64,000 nucleotides of DNA from Antedon mediterranea (lineage: Eukaryota > Animalia > Echinodermata): assembly GCF_964355755.1 (NCBI RefSeq), contig NC_092673.1, forward strand, positions 24,301,648 to 24,365,647, read 5' to 3'. The translations under genes and the position numbers were made by a program. This document shows, piece after piece, positions 50,201 through 63,589 of the stretch; position 1 is the first letter of the stretch, and every line of letters starts with the position of its first letter. Below the pieces are notes generated by a model. The model was not told where the DNA came from. It did no database searches and saw only the letters and a program-made list of their open reading frames with translations.

Positions 50201-53200
50201 ATGCAATGGACACTTTATTATTGTTGACTATAATTCTATGTAGAAGAAAAACATAGCATCAACCTGCATACGTCATTGCATGCATCTCAGAAATTGCTCC
50301 AATAATTATTAGTAAAAATTAATAAAATATTTTATTCTACTTTTATTGACCGTTTTGTATAAGTTTATACATGAGACTTGTAATCAATTCATTTTTATTA
50401 TTATTGACAAGTTATTGTAAGTTTTAAAAAAAATATGATAGAATATTTATTTTCTACTGTAATATTATTTGTTTGTATATTGTATTAAACCATCATTCCA
50501 CACATTATTATTATTAAATATTATATTGTTGTTATACTATTACTGTTGTTGGTCCGTAGAGGGCCTAATCTGAATTTCCTCCATTTCCAGTAAAGCTTAA
50601 GGATGATAATTACTACAGGCCTTGTCTTTTAAAGCAAGCGAGTGCTTTTAACATTTACAACATGCTTAAATTTGGTAAACTTCTACAAACCAAAATACAA
50701 ACAGCACACCTACATCATCCCTGAATGTATTGAGGAGTGCAGTTTGTACCACACCTATAATTTTCAAAAGTCAAGGCCTGTTACTACATTTACCTTTTAC
50801 CTTATAATCATCCTTCAACATTTGTTGTTTTTCACAAGGCCATTTTACATAAAAAAACATTGATGTACAAAAACAATTAATCTTTAGTAACAAAAAACAG
50901 AAGTATTTTCTATTTTGATTGATTACATATCTTTTAATAAACGAGTATATGCCATGTAACCAAAGATACAACATGCATTTAATATAACCATCATTGTTAT
51001 TTTCATCCTCGTATTATTGTAAGCAAGTAAATTGTGTTTTTTTTTACAATGCGCGCATTACATAAAAACATTGATGTAAAAAAAAACAACCTTTCGTAAC
51101 AAAAACAGATAATTTAATGATCTGTCAAATTGGATTGAAAAATTGCTCCACAAAAACCGGTTTAAAGAAATGTCTACACTATCAAACTTTATGTGACAAC
51201 AAATTTGATGTGCCTATATAGGGACATGATGATGTCATATCACTACCATATTTGGAAATATCACTACCATATTTGGGCACATCACACTTCTAGTTTGATA
51301 GTATAGACAGCTAGCTTAAGAACTGTTCTTAGAAATCAAACTGGAATCGAATGAAACATTGTTTACGATTGGTTGTTTTTGTTGGTTTTGTCTGTACCCA
51401 TTTGTGCTGGCAAGAAAGCGTTCTTAAAAAGAACTCTTTTTTAAAACCGTGTTCTTCTGATCAATAGAGATGAGCCCAAAGTGTAAGCTCCCGTCTACCT
51501 ACAACTGTCTCCATTTTAGTATAATAAAAGAGGTTACACCACACTTTTTAGGCCTAGATGTGTTGAAATTGAGCATATATTATATGTTAATGATCTGTAT
51601 ATAATTCTTTACATTAAACCATGGTTTAACGTAAATAATTATTTACAGGTAGTATTTTGTTTGTTTTTCTAGGCCGGCAATTTTATGTGTTGATCGGAAA
51701 GACTGGATGTTTGGATTGCAGTGTGCCTTTGCATTAATTAACTTATTCCAAGTGCTTCTTCTTCTATTTTTAAATTATAAGGTGATTTATTGAATAGTTA
51801 TAGCCAATGAATTATTTGCTGTAATTCAATTCCACAGTCATCATGTTGCAATTTATAATGTTCCATTAAACTGCTGACACTGCACTCAATGCATGTACAT
51901 AAATACACATTCACCTTGTCAAATGCATACCAATCCAAAATGTCTGTCTAATTTCGTCTAGAGTTAATTTTTTTCATTTTTGTAGGGAAATATTTTACAA
52001 CAAATAATGAGCATCAGTATGGTACTGGAAGCGGTTACTACAATACCTTTTGTAATCACAGTAAGTGCTACCAAGAATTATGAATACTCTTAAGGGGACA
52101 CTTTACAGGAAATGAACAATGGACAGTATATGTGTTTTGACACTGTGACCAACCCCTATTCAGGAGACATCCCTATTTAAGTGGACACTCTCACAGGAAA
52201 TGAACAAGGGGCAGTATATGTTTTTTGACACTGACCAACTATTCAAAAGACACCCTATTAATGGGTCACTATCTTGTGAAATATACGAGGGGCAACATGA
52301 TTTGATAAAGAGTGGCCCAGCAATATATATTGTTAACACTTGGCCAACCTCTATTGAAGAGGACATCCTATTTAAAAGACCTGGACCTTGGGATTTGAAA
52401 GGCAAGGCACAAAGCTACAACTCCATTTAATGAATTACAGCTTCTATTTTTCACATTAAAATATGTCGGTTCACATACATCCAATATTGTCCTTAAATTA
52501 TAATTGTAAATTTGATGTTATTTATAAAACTGGATAGATGAATATTCTAACTCTAATGTTGGCCTTATTCAAATACGGGTTCTTTCAATCTGGTTTGTAC
52601 GCGACATACATAATACTCAATTGTCAACATTAATAAACAGATGAATAACTCTGTATTACTTTGTATGCCCATAATATACATAAACATCTAATCCATTAAG
52701 TGTTACTTTCATTATTGCAAGAGATATATTCTCTGCTTTCTACAATACTATCTGTACAGTAATTGATGCATTGGACCTAATATGTAGGATTGAAACTTTG
52801 GCATTGTGAAAAAAAGATCATATTGGAGAAATCTTTTGGAGCCATTTATTTTATTTCATATTAGATACATCCTGTGTTAAATACAGTGATGTACAATTAT
52901 GATGAAATGTTGTCGTCATTACAAATCAAGTTGCTCTATAAAGCTCTGTCTATATTATCAAACTAGTTTAACAAAAAAAGTGTGATGTGCCCAAACATGG
53001 TAGTGATTTGCCCAAATATGGTAGTGATATGACATCATTATGCTCATATATGGGCACATCATATTTTTTTATCACATAAAGTGTAGACAAACCTTTAGAA
53101 ACTGGCTTTAATTCTGATCACTGCATGTGTAACTGCATTAATGACTCCTCTGTATAATTTCCTTTATAAGAAATGCAGCATAATTTGAAACGTATTATAA

Positions 53201-56200
53201 TCATACTGGTATTACATCTGCGTATCTATGATATTCAACTTCCTACTCTTTCTAAAAGAAATTCCAAACTATAGCTCAAATTTCTAATAGTAATTTAAAG
53301 TTTGCTTTATATAGCTTTGTAAAAAAAGTGTGTCCTCATTGGCCGTCAATTTGAGTACAGTAGAACCCGTTCAGGGGACACTTTTGGTACCCAATTAGCA
53401 TAGTGTTAACACATATGTTGTCCCTCATTCTTTACAAAGAAATTGCCTCTAGAAGTGTCACTGAATAAAAATGTCCCAAAGAAGGGACACTAGTGTAAAT
53501 GTCATATTGTATGTAGATGTCGACATACCAGAAAAGATCAACCAGATGAACTTTACTTTTAACATAAGTTTTTAATTATTTATTATTAAATTATATCTGT
53601 TCTTTTATCCACAGGTTGTATGGCCAGAGAGCCATGATCTTTTCGTGCCTGTTTTTTTAAATTGCTGGTTAGCTAAAGAACTTCTGGAAAACTTATTTGT
53701 AAGTTATTCACTTTAGTCCTGTTTCTGCTGTGAATAACCAGTTATTAACAGTGTGAATAAATTAACCCCAATTTGTTATCAGCAGAAACGGGAAACATTT
53801 TCAATAACCGGTTAAATGGCGGCCTGACAATAATGGTTAAAAAAACACCCAATCGATTCGGTGTTTGAACACAATTTAACTGGTGTTATCGATGTGCAAC
53901 TTTTCGCTGCAACGCAAATTAACAGTTGTTTTCAGATTGACCTTGAATTAACTACACTGTAGTAATGTTTGAATTGATCGCCAGATCTCATTACATTTAT
54001 TTCCTAAATAGATTCACTGTGTATTTATTTTCATTACTATCTGCAAAAATAATGGCTGCAAACATTTTTATATTCTCAAATTTGAAAAACGCTTAAAACA
54101 TAGAATAATTATATGTACATGAAAAGGATGCGTTTTGTTACTATGCTATTATTGAGAATCTGTACGTAAAAAAAAATAATCGGCAATTATTTTGAAATAA
54201 ATGACATACAGAAAAAATTTAAATTTAACAAGACTATATTCTAGTATAGTTTACAAAAATATTCTTTAATTGTTAATTCTAATTTCATTACAGAATGACC
54301 TTCATCGTGTAATGCAGCGCCCTCACTCGGCCTTATCACAACAAGTTTTTATCTTAATAGTTACAATTATGTGTTTGATAATCACATGGTAAGTATCAAT
54401 CATGTGATAAAGATTATTAGAAATTTAGATCATTTCTATGATGGAGATGTTTGTTTGAATTATGTAAGGCCTCACCGGTTCCATTAATTAGACTCGGTGA
54501 ACTAAAAGTTTTGAAATTAGCAGTATTGATTGTATTGTATCTTGAGAATTGAATGTATACATTACATGCGTTAACATCAAAGCTCTGTCTACTGCCTTGT
54601 TTATTATGACTGTCTGTATTCAGAACTCATACATCAAATTACAATACAATACAAAATGCACTTTGGAACATTATGGAATTCCATGGCTAACTTAATAACA
54701 TTTTTTGTTAATTTTAATGCCATTAAATAGTTATCCACAAATTGGATCGAAAAAATAGTCAAATTTGCTGCCAGCCAACAGGTTTTTGGTTTGATTTATT
54801 TTGTCATTTTATAAGGGAAACATTTTTTTGTATTTTTTTTCTACAAAAGTTATTTAATTGATTAAAAATACCAATTAACCTAAGTCTGATTTTATTAATC
54901 TTTTTTTTTTCCATTTATTCATTCATCCATTCATTCAATCTTTTATTTCGGAAACTCTGGTCTATAGAAAGTAAAAAATTACATATAAATGAAATAAAAT
55001 AAACACTAATTACTACTACTCATCTCAGGATGAAATTCCACCTGCATCTTCGACTTAACTAGGACGTTGCTTATAATGTTTGAAAAAAACAATTCTATAA
55101 CTTAATGTCCAGTCAAAACAGTATTTGATTTTTGAGATATGTTAGTAAATTGTTGTCTGGAAAACTATGCATTGATTTCTATTGCATTTCATTTTTTATT
55201 TAATTAAAATGTTGAAAACATTTCAGAAGCAAGAAATCACTTAGCTTGCGGCCGTGATAATAGTTTAGCAGTAAAATATAGTTGTCGCTTTCTATTAGAA
55301 CATGTAGCAGTATTACTTTGTATTGTCATAATGCCCTATGTATAAATGCAAAACCTTCTTTAAACCTAGATGCAGTATGTAAAGTTATGGCATGTTTGAT
55401 CTAGTTTCAACTATCTGTTAAAATTCATTAAGGATCAGTATTTCAATTATTCTCCACTGTATTATGAATAATTATTAACACACATTACTACTTGTTTTTT
55501 CTTGCAGTGCATGCGGTATTCATCATTTAGAGAGGGCAGGCTTGGAGATCACTGTATTCGAGGCTCTTTACTTCACCGTTGTGACCTTCTCTACAGTTGG
55601 GTATGGTGATATTAAAGTAGAAATTTGGCCATCGCAACTCTTTGTAATCTTAATGATAGCAGCTGCACTTGTTGTCCTACCAGTTCAGGTAAAATAACAC
55701 AATTTTAAGTTTTATTGTCAAAAACAACTGTATTTATATTAGGCTTTTAGAACTCGTAGCTTTTCTTTCTTTTCATCTCTACTGTTAATTAGCAAACTTA
55801 AAAAACCAGAACTAGACTCCAACTCGACAGTGACATAAGAGCATAGATTTTTTAGCAAATGAACAGAACTGAAAGAATCAATTGTTCAAGCACTTGTGTG
55901 TACAAATTAAACTGAGTGCAACTAATACAATTGTGTGTTACTTTGAGTTGCCAGTTGCATTCAGTTGCACATCAAACTAGTTTGATAAAAAAAGTGTGAT
56001 ATACCAATATATGGTAGTGATATCCCCAAATATGGTAGTGATATGCCCAAATATGGGCATAAACTTTCATAGTGTAGACAGAGCTTAAGCCTACATTTAT
56101 TTGCGAGAGGCAACATACATTCTAATTTGCTGACTACTCTGTTGCCATGCATAAAAACACAAGCACAAAACTTTTCAGTAATGTTGTTTTTACCAACAAC

Positions 56201-59159
56201 ATAATACAAAATAAAAAACAATGTATTGAATATTTTAATTTCAGATAATATTTATTTAGATAATAATGAATGAATATATACAAAATAGAAAAAAGATATT
56301 AAAGTGAACATAGATAAAGCAGTAATTGGTAGTCATTATTATCGTGGATCCCTTCTAGAAGTTAAAAACTTGTCTCGTAGGGACCCACAACAAAACACAT
56401 TACTAAAAAAATAAAAATAACCTAGAATATATAATTAAGGATAAAAAATTACAGTATAATATTACATAACTAACATCTTCTTTATAAAAATTATTTAAAT
56501 TATATTTCAATAGTTTCATGATAATTATAAATGAAATAACTACCGATATTGGTAAATGAAAAAAAAAATATGTATACATAAATTATAATTCCAGTATATA
56601 TATAGTATATACTATATATACATTATATATAGTATAGATTAAAGATTGCAATAATAAACAACAACTAATATTTTGTGTAAGACGTAAATAGTATATGAGT
56701 ATAAATAATGATAATAAGCATATTAACTAAGCAGTATAATATTTAGATATATAATGATTCTTTAACTTTTTTCGGAAAGTAAATAATGATATTGACGTTT
56801 TGATATTTGGTGGGATATGATTCCACAAATTAGGACCTGATATAGTTATAAAAAATTTAGTTTTAGTAAGTCTAGCAAAAGGAATGTTTAAATGAGAAGT
56901 TCTTAAATTGTAATTGTGAAATTTGGTACGTTTACAGAGCATATCAATCATAGAAATAGGAAGTTGCATCAAATTTCGTAATTTCTTTCATTTGATTACC
57001 TGATACACAAGCAGTATCGCGTCTAGTTAAACATCCTGTTGTATCGCGATCTTCATCACTATAGGATATTTGGGTTAAGTTAATATATATGGGTTAAATG
57101 CTATGTTTATCCTGACACAATACTGAGGGATTTTTGTTGTGATATCATAGGAGAGTCAGCTGCATTGATTACTCAAATAATTATCCTTTAGATTAGTCTC
57201 CCAGTTTAATCAAACAACTATCATTTTCAAATGACATTGTTGGAAATAATGTAGTTCTAATGTTTGTCTAAATTCTAAGATGAGGCAATTTCCATTTCAT
57301 ATCTGATTATGAAAGATATTCTTTGCCCTGAAAACATAACTATTCCAATTTGTCAGATTAGTTTTGAATGAAAATAGGTCAATTTATTTTGAACCTTAAC
57401 TAACAGAGACTGTGATTTGAATTATTACAAACGATAAATGAAAACAAGATGAAAGTATGACATGTTTTCAATAGAGTATATATCAATTTCAAGACAATTA
57501 ATTACTTTTATTTAGGCGTATTGCCAAAGATTGCCAATAGTGAATACATACACAAGACATTGCAAACATATGATGTACATAAACACAGTCTTTTCAGGTT
57601 TTTTTTCATGTTACCTATAAAATAATTACAAAACATATTGAGCAGCTCAGAGAACAGTAGCTGTTCTGACATATTGAACACTCAATATTGCATCACCTTT
57701 ATTAACTATAAGCAATTCTACCATGGTTGTTATTTAATTGTTTCATGAATCAACTCAGTTAATTCATTGTCTATAACATTAATTTTGTAGCTCAGTAGTA
57801 CAATAGTATGTCAACATGAATTTCCTATTAGATAAATAAAAAATAAAATGAACTATATTTACTACACAGATGGAAAAGATGGCATTACTTTTGATAGAGA
57901 AGCAAAAACAGGGTGGTACTTACAGCAATCATCGTGCACGTACAGAAAAGCATGTCGTCATGTGCGCATCCACGCTTCATTATGATCTGGTCAACGACTT
58001 TTTAAATGAATTTTACGCACATGCCCACTTACAGGTAAATTGGTTATCATTGCAACTTTCAATTTATTTAGTTTCCCTTCTATTTGTTTTGTGTATATAT
58101 TTTAGGCAAATTGTGAAAGATAACCATAAGCAAATTCACTATCCTTCTTAAAGGTAGCAATCCTGTTCACAAGACAAACATAGACACAATGTACTCTACA
58201 AAAACAATGTCTTAAGCCTTGTCTACACTATCAAACTTCATGGGAAAAAAATGTGATGTGCCCATATATGGACATGATAATGTCATATCACTACCATATT
58301 TAAGCATATCATAAATGGGTACATCACACTTTTTTGTCACATAAAGTTTGATAGTGTAGACAGAGCTTTATTACAAGTTTTTGGGAGTGAAGTTGTTAAT
58401 TGTCATTATAAAAATTCCTGACAGAACTTGAACTCGGGACCCTTGGATTGGTAGCCAAGCATCATAAACCACCAAGCCACAACTCAATTGTGACATGACA
58501 TGCTACATGATGGAGGAAACTTGTACTTGCAGATGAATATATACTTCTTTGATTCTCTTTTAGGACTTCTTTGTTGTAATGTTGACTCCAAGTGAGTTGG
58601 AACCAACTGTAAAGTGGCTTCTTCAAGTACCACTCTGGTCACAAAGGGTCATCTACATCCAAGGATCTGTTTTAAAGGACACAGATCTCGTCAGATGCAG
58701 GTATTGTAAATGTACAGAATACTCTGGTGTAATTGATAAAAACTCAGTTTGTGTTCTGTACAATATGAACAGTTGTGTTCTGTCTCTGGTTTGATCACAG
58801 TATGGATCATTTTGCTTTATTTTAAATACTTTTAAATGTTCAGGTCAAATTAGCATATTATGCTTGTATTAGCTAGTTGGTCAACATAAATGGTTAATTT
58901 AATCTCAAAGACATTGAGTCTTGAACTGACAAAGAGCGTAGACCATCTTATATGTTGTAATTTATTTGTGAAAAAAATTTGACACAACATTCAATTGTGT
59001 TTTTACGGTTCTTTGTGCCATGGCCATAATTGACCTTACAATCATATTATATATTATTATTGTTGTTATTATTATTTTTTTTAATTAATCATCAGAATGG
59101 ATCAAGCAGAGGCATGTTTTATTTTGTCACCAAGAAATAAAATGGATCGGATCGAAGCG
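44206..59159 (+). CDS. KCNT1: Slo2/KCNT sodium-activated potassium channel (KCNT1/KCNT2 co-ortholog), spliced, partial (3' end beyond window)
   Basis: Eleven AG/GT-bounded exons splice in frame to [26 protein letters not shown]...[13 protein letters not shown]...[14 protein letters not shown]...DFLNEFYAH...[21 protein letters not shown]...[10 protein letters not shown], all Slo2-family hallmarks. Confidence 0.96.
45257..46221 (-). mobile_element. Non-autonomous Helitron, copy 3 (older, 3' hairpin partly deleted)
   Basis: Same TCTATATATAAATTTACG 5' end and shared internal blocks with copies 1 and 2. Confidence 0.75.
47645..47744 (+). CDS. KCNT1: KCNT exon, 100 nt, S1 ([33 protein letters not shown])
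   Basis: acag|CT CTT CGA ... AAA TG|gtaact. Confidence 0.93.
47881..48039. mobile_element. Harbinger-like MITE
   Basis: GGCCAATTTTTACAGA ... TCTGTGTAAATTGGCC with TAA-type flanks. Confidence 0.55.
48783..48812 (+). CDS. KCNT1: KCNT 30-nt small exon, S1-S2 loop ([11 protein letters not shown])
   Basis: ttcgatag|T ACG ... TAT TG|gtaagt; phase 2/2, ends in the conserved Trp codon. Confidence 0.75.
48938..49087 (-). mobile_element. Penelope-like terminal fragment
   Basis: Reverse complement of the 13345-13590 family; carries an intact hammerhead core. Confidence 0.6.
49045..49081 (-). ncRNA. Minimal type I hammerhead ribozyme motif
   Basis: GCA-CUGAUGA-A-GGGC-UAGUGUU-GCCC-GAAA-GC-UC-UGC: both core boxes, 4-bp stem II, palindromic AGCU stem III, short stem I. 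Confidence 0.6.
51673..51781 (+). CDS. KCNT1: KCNT exon, 109 nt, S2 ([36 protein letters not shown])
   Basis: tctag|G CCG ... TAT AAG|gtgatt. Confidence 0.92.
51986..52060 (+). CDS. KCNT1: KCNT exon, 75 nt, S3 ([25 protein letters not shown])
   Basis: tgtag|GGA ... ACA|gtaagt. Confidence 0.94.
53615..53698 (+). CDS. KCNT1: KCNT exon, 84 nt, S4 ([28 protein letters not shown])
   Basis: acag|GTT ... TTT|gtaagt; uncharged S4 typical of Slo2. Confidence 0.95.
54294..54388 (+). CDS. KCNT1: KCNT exon, 95 nt, S4-S5 linker and S5 ([31 protein letters not shown])
   Basis: tacag|AAT ... ACA TG|gtaagt. Confidence 0.95.
55508..55688 (+). CDS. KCNT1: KCNT exon, 181 nt, pore and S6 (...[40 protein letters not shown])
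   Basis: tgcag|T GCA ... CAG|gtaaaa; K+ filter TVGYGD. Confidence 0.97.
56230..56972 (-). mobile_element. 5'-truncated CR1/L2-group (Crack-like) LINE: ORF2 C-terminus plus AT-rich 3' UTR
   Basis: HNYNLR...[30 protein letters not shown] motif at 56727-56972; the 3' boundary is approximate. Confidence 0.7.
57870..58034 (+). CDS. KCNT1: KCNT exon, 165 nt, linker and RCK1 start (MEKMALL...[29 protein letters not shown])
   Basis: acag|ATG ... CAG|gtaaat. Confidence 0.96.
58564..58700 (+). CDS. KCNT1: KCNT exon, 137 nt, RCK1 ([45 protein letters not shown])
   Basis: ttag|GAC ... TGC AG|gtattg. Confidence 0.96.
59096..59159 (+). CDS. KCNT1: KCNT exon, 64 nt, RCK1 ([21 protein letters not shown])
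   Basis: atcag|A ATG ... GCG|gtaagc. Confidence 0.95.
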
Positions 59160-59859
59160 GTAAGCCAAAATATTTGTTATCCCAGTAGTGAATGATTCCC
59201 TCATAAAGAAAAATAAAACATCATGCTGATCATATTCACACTTATGTAATATCATTTCATGTATTGAAATTTATGATTTTTTGATAATGTGTTTGTGTGA
59301 TAAATTTGTATTTTTATGGTTCATTCTAAATTTATGCCTAGTATTCTTTCTATATCTAGTGTGTCATATACTTCAAAAAGTCTCTCGGTAGCCACCAATC
59401 ACACATCTCCAATCAATTTCATACAATACAATTTCATATATGTAGTATCTATTAGACGGTAGGCAGGTACATACCCCTATTAAGAAGACACATGTGGGAC
59501 TTTAACAGAATGCCCCCGTATAATGGGGATGTCCCTTGAATAGAGGTTGGTCATAGTGTTAAAGCATCCACTCAATCATTTCACAGGAAAGTGTCTCCTT
59601 AATAGAGGTCTCCCAAAGTAATTGTTCTACTGTAATATGTGTTTTGTTAGTTCAATATGGTCATTCCACTGCAGTGTTTACTCTTCTACAGTGTCTTCTT
59701 CTCTTTCACCAAATAGCATTCCAAAACATTCGCAAAACATCATGTGATTCAATGCCTGTGTACATGTTTTGGCATATATTTGCATAATTGATACCAATAT
59801 GGTAATAAAATTTTGATCAATAGCTATAAAAACAATGTGTGCTAGAGAATTTTGAATAG

Positions 59860-60660
59860 TGAAATAAAATGTAATCATCTTTAGCTTTTTATAGGCCTAT
59901 AGCATACTGTAGGTGTAATGAAAACGTACTATTAATTGTCAACAGCAATATAGGCCTATACGGCATATGACGATGTAAAAGTCATCATCACACAGCTTAT
60001 TGTAGTTACAGTCCTGAAGCTTAATTGGAAATTCATCATTAACAGCGTAGTTATAGGCCTAAGCATACTGTTGGGCCTAATGAAAATGTAATATTCAATG
60101 AGAACAGCAATATAGGCATATAAGGCATAATGACGATGTAAAAGTCATCATCACACAGCGTAGGCCTGAAGCTTAATTTTAAAATTCATCATTAACAGCG
60201 TAGTTGTAGGCCTAATGAAAATGTAATATTCATTGAGAACAGCAAGCATAATGACAATGTAAAAGTCAACATCACACAGCGTAGGCCTGAAGCTTAATTG
60301 TGAAATTCATCATTAACAGCGTAGTTATAGGCCTAAAGCATAATTAAAATGTAATATTGTTGTAATGAAAATGTAAAATTCATCTTCAATACATTTTTAT
60401 TGTGCCAAAAGCATATCATCCCCTTCATTATATATATTAGAAGCCCAAAGTGTAAAATTCATCTTTAATAGCATAGAGGTCTAATTAAAGCATACTGAAA
60501 ATGTGAAAGTCATCAACAATGTTGTTATATCCCTAAGGCATAATGAAAACGTAAAATTCATCTTCAATCTCGTTGTCATTCTGTAGGCTTGTGTAATGTT
60601 CATATATAAGGTTTTAATAGACCTAAAAAATGATTAAAAAGTACTATTCATCGTCAGCAG
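59860..60660. repeat. Degenerate tandem repeat array (TAATGAAAATGTAA..ATTCATC / GATGTAAAAGTCATCATCACACAGC units)
   Basis: Recurring sub-units arranged in higher-order blocks, three of them containing GTAAAAGTCA.CATCACACAGC..CCTGAAGCTTAATT. Confidence 0.75.
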
Positions 60661-62065
60661 TCTTGTTATATCTTCAAATGTATTTGTTGTTGAATGTGTA
60701 GAATAACATTTTGTTGTGTATATTAAAATTCAAATTTTACTTTAAGTACATAAATAATTCTCACTAAAGCCTAAGGTTCTGTCTACAGTATCAAACTGTA
60801 TGTGACAAAAAAATGTGATGTGCCCATATATGGACACGATGATGTCATATTACTACCATATTTAAGCATATCACTACCATATTTGGACATGTCACAGCTC
60901 AAAACATGGCCACTACCACATTATAACAAGCACAAATTAAATTTCAAATTTCACTTTAATCGACAATTAATCACGCACAACCATTTTATGTAAAGTTAAA
61001 ATGTTAACTGAGAAAAAGGTGTGTTCCTTTACATTAATAACATTATTGACTAATACAGACCATATCATCAAATTTTGATGAAGCATGCAATAAATCCATC
61101 GTTAAATTAACGGTGATCTACGGCTCATTAGATTATAATCTCGTAAATGTCACATGGAACATTACATTTATTATTTACCATGTTAATAGAATATTTCTGA
61201 ACTACAAAATGAAAATGTTCTACAACAAATATTCAATGAAAATATTGAAAATGTTAACCTATAAGGCTTGGTTCCCACTAGCGACGTAATGTAAGAAAAT
61301 GGCCTTCCAATAATTGTGTTTTACCCCACCCGCGAGCTATCGAACATGCAATGTTTGCAGCACTGTTGCATCTTTCCCACTTGTTCCCACTTGTGATTGT
61401 GCAATACAGCACTTTACGTCAATATTTTGTTGCATTCTAGTGGGACCAAGGTTTAGTAAAGTCAACAATGTTTTTCGAACCTCTATTAAGGGGACGCCTT
61501 TGGAATCCCACAATGTAGCCCCTGGGTAGGAGTGTCCCAAAGGAGGGATTCCACTGTAGTTGCCTAAGCTGGGTAAAACTTGCAGAGTCAAAAAAGCGAT
61601 GTACAGAAAGTGATATTTCCTATTTCATATATTCTATTGTATAAATCCAGTGCAATTATGACTTTATACTTGCACAAGTATCAACAAATTGTTGTGATGT
61701 TGCACTTTGATCATGTTAACTTATTCTTACGAGATATTTGCATATTCAACTTGTGTTTTCATCTTGCATAACCAATAACTATCTGTCTGCTATATAGGCC
61801 CTGCTCAAAAATTGGAAGCGCAAAAAACGGTTTGGTGAAAAGTTCAAGTTGATTTTTAATCGATCAATGCGAGATCGGGCTGTAAGCTTTATCATTGCTA
61901 GTCGTTATATTTGTTGCTTGCTAGATTCAGAAGGTTTTGAAATATTTGTGCAAATTGTCCTCCAATAGCAACCCAATTTTTATTTTTGCATTTGTATAAA
62001 AAAATTATATCATATCAAATCAATATTACTAGTTTATAGCAATTTATATCTTCATTTTTAATTTA

Positions 62066-62261
62066 GGGACCATGTCAAAATTTGCTTTACTGCAGTAACT
62101 ATATTTTTGTGTTTACTTTTAAACCGGTTTATCAATATCTTAAGTATCATACGCAGTGTAGGGTAGTAAATGCCTCAAACTTCTACATTAAAAAAACCTA
62201 AAATCATATATTATTGCTAGTTACTGCAGTAGCTGCAATAGAATAATTTTGACATGGTCAC
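62066..62261. mobile_element. Harbinger-like MITE with TTA TSD
   Basis: TTA|GGGACCATGTCAAAATT ... AATTTTGACATGGTCAC|TTA; inner IR TACTGCAGTAACTA / TAGTTACTGCAGTA. Confidence 0.7.
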
Positions 62262-63535
62262 TTATTATTATTATTTACACGAATATTTCATTCTGGATAA
62301 AACAATTTCAATTTCAATTTCAAAAAGAAAAGAAAGAAATAACTCTTCTTCTTCCAAACTCAACAATTTCCTTTACCTTCTTAAATGTATTCACTGTATA
62401 CTATAGCTTTGTCTTGGTAACAATGTGAATAATTATAGCTTTAACTTTATTAAAAATATACCACAACTTTTTGTTTTCATTTTTCTCCATTATTTTGGCT
62501 AGTCCATTTTGATTGGTTAAGAAATATTTTGAAGGGTCTAATATTGATGGACAGACAAACATTTAATTTCTTCTGAAATCATACATTCAGTTTGATGTTG
62601 TAAAATTGTCAGTTTTTTTGGTTTTCAACATGTTCCATCTATCCCCGCTAGCACCTGCATGCACCCAATATGAATATTTCTATGTTATATTTAGTTTTGC
62701 TTTCCGATATCCACAAAATATCAATACAATTGCCAGATGTTCTAATATCCTATTCATATGCATCTTGAGGGGCTTGATCAATATTGACTATTCATGGCTT
62801 TGTGTTATTTGACAAAAGCAATATATTAATTTACATAATTATCTATTTTAAGATCTTTTACTTAGAAAGACCTGGTTTCACTAAGTAGTGAAGACTCTAC
62901 TTTGGTTTGAAAATCTGAGAGTAAGCCATTACCAAAAGAAATATTTTAGATGATAAGTAATATAGTAAATAACAACAAAAAGCAAACAAAAAAATGACTG
63001 TATGCCTACAATGTGGAAAGTTTAAGGCTCCCTGGGTATAACCTAGGGATTGGAAGAGGGGTGGCGTAGGATCCACAATTTTGAAATAGTGTGGGTGGGT
63101 AGGCCAGGTTAAAAAACTAAAATGAAGTGCACATAACTTTTTTTACATCTCCTCTTGGAGTATATATTATCATACTTCTATATTGTCCTGGTTTTTTAAT
63201 AGTATAAACATTTTCAGTCTATCATGACGTGAATAATGTAAAAACTGATCAGTATGATGGTAATACATTTATTACCATCTAATGATATATATATAACTTT
63301 TATAACTTGATTTTTCTTGTTATCTATGATCCTAATTCAAATTAAATTCGCTACCATGACAACAAGAAGCAAAAGAATACTTTTGTTTATTTACTATAAT
63401 GCATTTTTAGTACATATATTTATTATGAATAATATATGATAATTTTATTCTATGCCCGGTTAGCCGACTAATAAGTTAGAGAAGAAGAGAAAGCTCTATG
63501 TTTGCTTTAATAAACACATTTTTCTATTGCACGCA

Positions 63536-63589
63536 TCAAAATGACCAGAACATTCAAAATGACCAGAACATTCAAAATGACCAGAACAT
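63536..63589. repeat. 3x 18-bp tandem repeat TCAAAATGACCAGAACAT
   Basis: Read directly. Confidence 0.9.
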
